A stretch of DNA of 58,946 nucleotides, counting the filler, from Sphacelaria rigidula (Eukaryota), in NCBI GenBank assembly GCA_964200075.2. It is 5 parts of 5 records of this genome, joined end to end, with 100 filler letters (N's around TTAATTAATTAA, not from the genome) between each part and the next. Parts side by side here need not be neighbours in the genome. Positions count along the whole stretch, not along the records: positions 47,239 to 58,946 come from CAXNAA020004609.1; 4 more parts are not named here. One strand, 5' to 3'. A program made the position numbers and the translations under genes. Below are positions 52,378 to 58,946 of the stretch, in pieces (position 1 is the first letter of the stretch; every line of letters begins with the position of its first letter). Below the pieces are notes generated by a model. The model saw only the letters and a list, made by a program, of their open reading frames with translations. It had not been told where the DNA came from and searched no databases.

Positions 52378-53734
52378 CCGTCACATTAGCTCGGTCTCTC
52401 GAACCCGTGGTCACAGAGTGCAAGGAGCATACCACCCATACCCATCACCCAAACAGCCCGCAGGCATAGAAAGGCTGAATCACCGCTACGGCCTACTGTA
52501 TATACTGAGCGAGCTGTCAATAGTCTGGGTGATGTTGCCGCCAAGCACGGTTGGCCGAGCACTCTTGCACGGATCCATGATGCGGTGCGATTTCGAGGTG
52601 TGCTCGAGAGACAGATGTGTGACGCGATCCTGACTGTACTGTACGGCCTACGGTCCTGCTGCACTGTACTGATCAGTACAGCATTTGCGTTTCGAACGGT
52701 TGGCGCTCCGTGCGGTGCCTTTCTGGATAACGGAGTCTACCTCAGGAGCTACGCTATCTATTCATTTTACTGCATTCATATATCACATCCTCCCAAATAA
52801 CGCAAAACTATCGTAAGAGTTTGAGTACAGTTCACATGCGGCCAAGCTGTGAGGGCAGGGTGGAGAGTTTCCAACAGTGGGGTTTCAGTGCAATTTTGTC
52901 TATCCTCCATCTGCAAGTGTCAGCAGAATAAGCAATACGTCCCTTACGGACACACATGGGTAAAAACACGACCAAGGTTATGCTTGTGATGGATAACGGA
53001 GAAGGCTTTTTGAACCAAGTACGACGACGGCGATTTTGCATGTTCGACGGCGTGCAGTTCCCTTACTTTTTCGTGTGTACCGGTGGACAATCGATCAATA
53101 CATTTCGTAGCGTGGTGAGGCATACTTGCCGGGACAGCCCTCCCAGCATGAGGCATGGTTCGTTTTCGAAAGTGAACGGCCCCTGCATTACGTACGTGCT
53201 AGGCATACCTCTCCAAATGCTTCGAGGTCCAAGGGACACTTGTTGTTTACAATCCTCTGTTGAGAAAAAAAAACAGAAACCTCTTTTGTCGACCGAAGCA
53301 TTTGGCCATTGTTTTTGCCCGCTACAGTTAGAGATGCGAATCGCTCGCAAAACATATAGGAAATCTTCCCCCCAAAGTGTCCTGGCTCTTCCTGATGGAC
53401 GAATCAAGCTAGCCCATTAGAAACAAAGGATCCGTCCGGTTGGTTCCAAGAGAACACCAGAAGGCCTTCTGCGCACGTTAAACATACTGCAGCAGGTGCG
53501 GTGCTCATGGTCGTACTAATGATTCATTTTTCAAGTATAGATTATTTTGATGCCGATGATCGACCCTGGGGGTGACTATAGACAAACCCGAAATAAATCC
53601 GAGTACAACAGTAGTACAAAGCAGTACAACAGTTGTGTGGTACAATGCAATATTGTCTCATCTCTGCCCCCGCTGCTTTCCTTCACTTCTTCTTTCGGCA
53701 CCACCAATGCTGAGATTACACGAAACCTTTGAAA

Positions 53735-54430
53735 AGCGTTGAACCTGTGAGCCTCCACGGTGGGTCATCTGAGTCTTGCGTTCACCTTTCAAGTCAAAAT
53801 AATGCCAATGCACAACAGATACTTCGCCCTGAAGGTGATTGTCGATAGATGGACAAGGCCAAACAAGGCACAGTAAAGTACAGGACATTGTAGTACGATG
53901 CAGAAAGGTACAGTTCAGTAAAGTGTTGACTACTCTCCCGCCCCCCCTTGCATTCCTTCCCATTGCCACCATTATCTATGGGTATCACCATGGACCAGAT
54001 GACAAGAAACATGCGGAGAGCGTGAAGTTGTCCTGCCCCCAGCTCTGAACGTGAACCCTTGGCCCCCCACGGTGGGAAATACGGGTGTTGCCTCCATCTT
54101 TCAAGTCAAAATTGTGCCGATGCACAACAGATGACTCGCCCTGAAGGTGGTTGTATGTGGAAGGACAAAGCCAAACAACAAGGCACAGTACGGTGCAGGA
54201 CAGTACATTACAGTAAAGTGTTGTCTTCTCTCCCGCCCCCCTCCTGCGCTCCTTCCCATTGCTCCCATTATCTATGACTTTCACCATGGACCACATTACA
54301 AGAAACCTCTAAAGAGCGTGAACTCGTCCTGCCCCCCAGCTCTACAAGTGAACCCTTGGGAGTCCACGGTGGGTCATCAGGGTCCTGTTCGTATTTCGAG
54401 TCAAATTATGCCAATTCAATATATGCAAAC
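53735..54430. repeat. Diverged tandem repeat, unit about 300 bp, about 2.3 copies
   Basis: CCACGGTGGG occurs at about 53755, 54067 and 54365. TTTCAAGTCAAAA..GCACAACAGAT..CGCCCTGAAGGTG and TCACCATGGACCA..ACAAGAAAC are each repeated. Confidence 0.85.
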
Positions 54431-55281
54431 AGAACACTGAAGCCTCGTGGCAGTGTGGGGATGATGTACAGACGGCAGGCCGCATGTGGCGGTTAACGTA
54501 GACTCTGCACAAGCAAGAAACAGAAGAGTACAAGACAGCCATCATCGTGTTGTCTGTTCCAGTGAACACCACGCTCTCTAACTTGGGTCCCTATAGCGGC
54601 TGAGTATACAGCAGCAATGCTTTTCTGTTACTAATTCATCGGAGTGCACCCTGGCACACTTTTGATCACAAAAACAAAGTTACTCCGATTCAGACATCTT
54701 CTCCCATTTTGCCCCGCCTCCGTCCTGTCTGCGGGGTTTTCTTTCATTTGTTCCTGTCGGGGATGGGGGCTTGTTGGGGAAAGTCCATCGATAGGCCGAT
54801 TAAATCAAAGACGATCTTGTTGACCACGAGTGCAATTCGAGCACTGTGTTTTTGCCTCGTGTGCTTCAAATCACAATGCATGTTTGGTCTAACTCGCTTT
54901 CCGGGAACGTCCCACGCTCGGCACGCCAGACGGCAAAAATGGTTTTTTGCAGAGTTGAGAAAAAAAGAGTTTGACCAGGCATGCGTATCAGGGGAGTGGG
55001 CGTGTATGTGGCGCCTGAACAGGGAGGGCGTCGCTTGAACACACGACTTGCTCGTTCTAAGGATGTAGTTTTAATCAAGCGCATTCACATGGAAGGAAAG
55101 AAACAATAATTAATAGTCTAGGGTTGATAAAATTTCGTCGAGCAGCCTGACGAAGTTCGGAGCCTAACACCCCGCCCCCCGATTCGCATTCCTAACAGTT
55201 GAACTTTCTCTTCCTTTTTTTTTGTTCCTGTCTTGTCAGCAACGCCGACAGCGTTTTTGGTTGAAAGCAGCGAGTGAAGAC

Positions 55282-58200
55282 ATGGCGGGACCTCAGCCGG
55301 CGCCGACAGCGCCGGCGCCCCGGCCGCCCGCCGCGTCCTCCCTCGCGGGGGCAACTGTTGCCCCCCCGTCTCTCAAACAACCAGCGCGTGCATCTCTTGG
55401 GCCCATAGGCGAAGCGGCACAATTAGTGGAAGCTGCCCTGCAGGCCAGGACAGCGGCGTCGCAGGGACAAAAGTTTGCGACCACGAAGACTTTGTTTTTC
55501 GCACTGAGTGGTCTGAGTCGCGCCCTCCGGCTGGAGCTGCGGCTGAGAGATATCGGGCAGGTGCTTTGCGTGTCACGTTCATGGTGTTGGTTAAGCAATA
55601 CACGTCGTTGCTGGTGCTGTTGCTATCGTCGCCGTTGTTGTTGTTTTTGTTGTTGTTGTCCGTAGTGCAGTCAATTCCACCGCGATACCTGCCTAGTGTA
55701 TTGTCATGTCTTGTAGTACTCCACATGCACAAAACCTGACAGCGAATCATGCCCCAACCTTCAAAATTTCAGCTGGCGTAGCATTGTAACGTAGCTTCTG
55801 AGTTACCGTTGTGTTCGAGAGCCCAGTCATGGAAACCTTCCTCTTTCAGCAGTTACCTGGGTTTTGTATTTGACCCTGCGATGTGCGGGTGTGCGTTTAC
55901 CGTGCTCAGGAAAAGCCGCCTTCGGAGTTGCGAGCAGACTGTGAGGTCTGCGCCAGCACGTTGCATGACGTGCTTTCGGACAAGAAATTGGAGATGACCG
56001 CTCCTTTTTGCCGGTCGGTTGGAGAGTGCTTCAGACAGGTGAACAGCAGTCGGTCGTGGGCCGATGACCCTATATGCGCAATATATGCGTAAGATGCGTG
56101 TGCCTTTAGTGCGCAACGCGTGTTTCCCACCATCGCTTGGTATTGGCATTTGCAGTGGTGAAGCGAATTTCTTTCACTGCGCACTGGCACGACTGGTGTC
56201 GTATCATATCGTGCTGGGGAGTGGGAAGCGCCGTGTATGCAGCTAGATGCGTCGCCGTACTACGGCCACGCCCCGGTGGTGTAATGGTCCGACTGTCGCC
56301 ATTAGGGTGGAGAGAACGGGGGTTCGATTCCCGATGCGTTGGGTTTCTCCTTCGCAATGTATGATTTCCACCGTGGAAAGCTTGAGAACGTGAGTGAACA
56401 AAGTAGTCCACTGGGTTTGTGTGACGAGTTGACGCGGTGCGAGAGGGCTGACCCAATGCGCGAGATCAAAATGAAAGGCGCGTACCGGGGGAGAGATGGG
56501 TTGATCCCTTGAGATCACGGACTCATCCCGAGAAAGGGGAGGGGTTCCAAGTGTGAGGGAAAAAAAAAACTGCAGTAGGAACCTCCCCAGCCTGTTCGTA
56601 AAACCGGCGCGTCGGGTTCAGTGGTCTTCTCCTGGGCTGTTTTCCGACCATCGTTGCCATCGTTGACCACCGTTTATCCGGACTTTTTCAACGTTGAAAA
56701 AGAAGAAAAATGTGTGACATGGAGTATTGTTTTATGTTCAAAGTGTGATCGATGGGTTGTTGCTGTTTAGTACCTGGTGTGTATCTGTATCTACTCTGCT
56801 GCCCTGACTCCCCTGGGCCTTTTCCTTTTTCCTCATCGTTTTACTGTATTTTATCATATTTGCTCTTTACTCTCCTCTTCTTTTTTTTTTTTTGTTTTAG
56901 GTCGGCCATTCCTTTCTGTGCTTTGCTTGTGTTGACCTTTTATTACTTTTTCTTTTGTGACGACTTAGTCTGCTTTGTCGTTCTGTTCGACTGTTTTTTT
57001 TTCTGTTCCTTCTTCTCTTCAGAGCGTGGTCCAGTTTCATTTTTCTTGGAGACGCCTATCACGAGACCACGGCTGGACCCCTGAGGGGTCGGGTAAAGTG
57101 CGACGATCAATCAATTATTCAATCAATCAGTAGCAACGGTGTTGGTGGTGTACCGTATCCTGTCTTTATTGGTTGAATGGACCTCGGTGCGGTCTTCTGT
57201 ATCCTGCCAATCAATCGTCCCACCTTCTTACGACGCAATGACACTCTTGCGGTCTGTCTTTACGAAGAAAAGAAAAGGAAAAAATATTTGCACACAGTTA
57301 AAAATAGTTAATTATGGACATCGTCGCCTTTGTAGCTTTCTAAACGCAACTGTCTGTGCAGGTGTTCGCGTTGTGCGAGTCGCTTAACGCCGTCGGAGTC
57401 GTGTTGGATGTTCACAAGCTGCTGGAGAATCGAAAGACGTCAGCTGAGGCCAAGGTGGCCGCTCTCGATGCGCTGGGAGAGATATCCAAAGCAGCAGGTG
57501 CATTTGGTTTCGTTGCTGGTGTCACGTTTCTTCTTTGTCCGCACTTTCTTTCTGCAACCAGTTGCCCCCCGTTGGAGGGTCCGGGGCCCGCAGGATGAAA
57601 GTGTAGATAATGCCTTGACACCTGCGTTGCATGATCCCGCGGTGGCCCCAGCTCTATCCTCCACTTTCTCGGCGTCAATGTTGGGTTGAATTTCACGACG
57701 GTGTGCTGATTTGCGAGGCACCACTTTTCGCGGCGAACTCGGGCCATTTACGTACGTCAAGTCTGGTTTCGCTCTTGGACTACGCTGACAAAACTCTTCT
57801 CTTTTCCGCCGACAGTTTTCATTTTTTCAAGTGCTATATGTTACTTTTTTGTTGAAAGGTTGAGGAGGAAGTTTGGTGGGTCCGGAAACTGGAGCACTGC
57901 CGTGACCTCACCGATGAGAGGATTTTGAATCCACTTGATCTGGAGAGCACGCTCCCGACGTCCCCGGGGTCCCACAAATCCTGTCCCCTAAGCAGCTTTT
58001 GTAAAGGCGGTTAATCATGAGGTAGCTGACCCGATCTCAAGGCGAAATGACTTGACCCTAAGCAACTTGTGGGCATTTCTACACTCCATACACGAACCTG
58101 AACTCTATCAGTTGGCGACGAGCACAGCCCTCATGGCAACCGGCGTCCCATGGGAGCATAATGTTCTCCCATAGACCACGGCGTGCGCGGTCGATTAAGG

Positions 58201-58785
58201 GGGTGTATTGAGGGACATCTAGGGCTAAACAAACTTCAAGATGCCGGCCAGGTTGTTCTGCGATTGTCCTGCCGATAAAAAAAGAAGAAACACGTCTGAA
58301 TTTGCGTGGGATAACGACACACTCGGAAAGTGCTGTTAATTTTTGGGTCATATCAAATCGCTCCCGGCGTTCCTTTTTATGGTCAATGGCTCACCGTGGA
58401 GAGACGATTCTCCCGCCGGACGGGTTTGATATTATCGAAGCGGAGGTAGAGCGGGGACTGACATATCCCTGCCCTGTCCTACCGGTAGTCCGTTGACGTC
58501 GTTTATTATTTTTGGACGCGAAGATACGGTAATACAAATTTATGTGCTCCTTCCTACTTTGTGTTTTTTTTTTTCTTATTTTCCGTGGCCGGAGACAGAG
58601 TTGAGAGTGGTTTCTGTACTACCAGAATCGATAACAGCCGCCGCGAAGCAGCTCAAGCACGCGGAGCCTATGGTGCGGGTCAGCGCCACGTCTGCTCTCA
58701 TGGCCCTGGTGGATGGGGCAGGGGGGGTGGGCAGTTCCGTGCACGCTGAGGCACTTAAAGCTGCGGTCAAGGCGGCCGCCGACAG
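55282..58785 (+). CDS. HEATR5: HEAT-repeat protein of the HEATR5/SWEETIE/Laa1 family, first four exons (3' partial)
   Basis: Exons 55282-55560, 55910-56038, 57362-57497, 58599-58785, phase-consistent. HEAT-like helices AKVAALDALGEI..LPESITAAAKQLKHAEPMVRVSATSALMALVDGAGGVGSSVHAEALKAAVKAAADR resemble the HEATR5 N-terminus (recognised from memory of the family, not from a search). Confidence 0.78.
56270..56569 (+). mobile_element. tRNA-headed SINE, family A, compact full-length copy in a HEATR5 intron
   Basis: A box GGTGGTGTAATGG, B box GGTTCGATTCC, conserved tail TCACGGACTCATCCCGAG, poly-A. Confidence 0.85.
57060..57130 (+). mobile_element. Retroposon tail, family C, with (ATCA)n
   Basis: GACCACGGCTGGACCCCTGAGG..GCGACGATCAATCAA..AATCAATCA. 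Confidence 0.6.
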
Positions 58786-58946
58786 GTTACTGATCGCATA
58801 TCTTGTTTCGTAGTGGGTTCATGGGGAGGGGGCTGAGTCCATGATCACATGCTGCTACAATGCTCCAAAGTAGCTTGTACGCTAGGTGAAAGGTTCCCCA
58901 CCGCGACATTCAATAAAAACGTCAGATTAATCAACCACATGATCGC

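Noticed and set aside
52944..53156. LVQKAFSVIHH resembling the non-LTR RT 'KAFD' motif
   Set aside because: The catalytic Asp residues and downstream QG and YADD motifs are not visible.

Overview
Eukaryotic, intron-rich and repeat-rich nuclear DNA, most likely from a stramenopile such as a brown alga. This is inferred from short GC-rich exons, kb-long GT-AG introns and a bipartite plastid-type leader. The window is not one locus. It consists of five segments of almost identical length (11711, 11710, 11709, 11708 and 11708 nt) joined by identical 100-nt spacers (N44-TTAATTAATTAA-N44), so these are almost certainly unrelated, size-sorted contigs. Contig 1 holds 10 phase-consistent internal exons of a eukaryotic cytosolic leucyl-tRNA synthetase. 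Contig 2 has no recognisable gene and is dense in MITEs and SINEs. Contig 3 holds a complete two-exon class I SAM methyltransferase (EEF1AKMT4/METTL13-N-like) with a probable plastid leader, plus a possible divergent first exon. Contig 4 holds the 3' exons of an acidic nuclear protein with an AT-hook. Contig 5 holds the first 4 exons of a HEATR5/SWEETIE/Laa1-like protein. I found no convincing novel protein-coding system (no CRISPR, Fanzor or intact transposase). The most unusual signals are non-coding mobile elements: a TG..CA MITE with a 5-bp TSD and internal telomere-like hexamers nested in another MITE, modular tRNA-headed SINEs with a shared CACGG..GAGG 3' motif, a palindromic tRNA-headed composite element, and a self-nesting Tourist-like MITE array.
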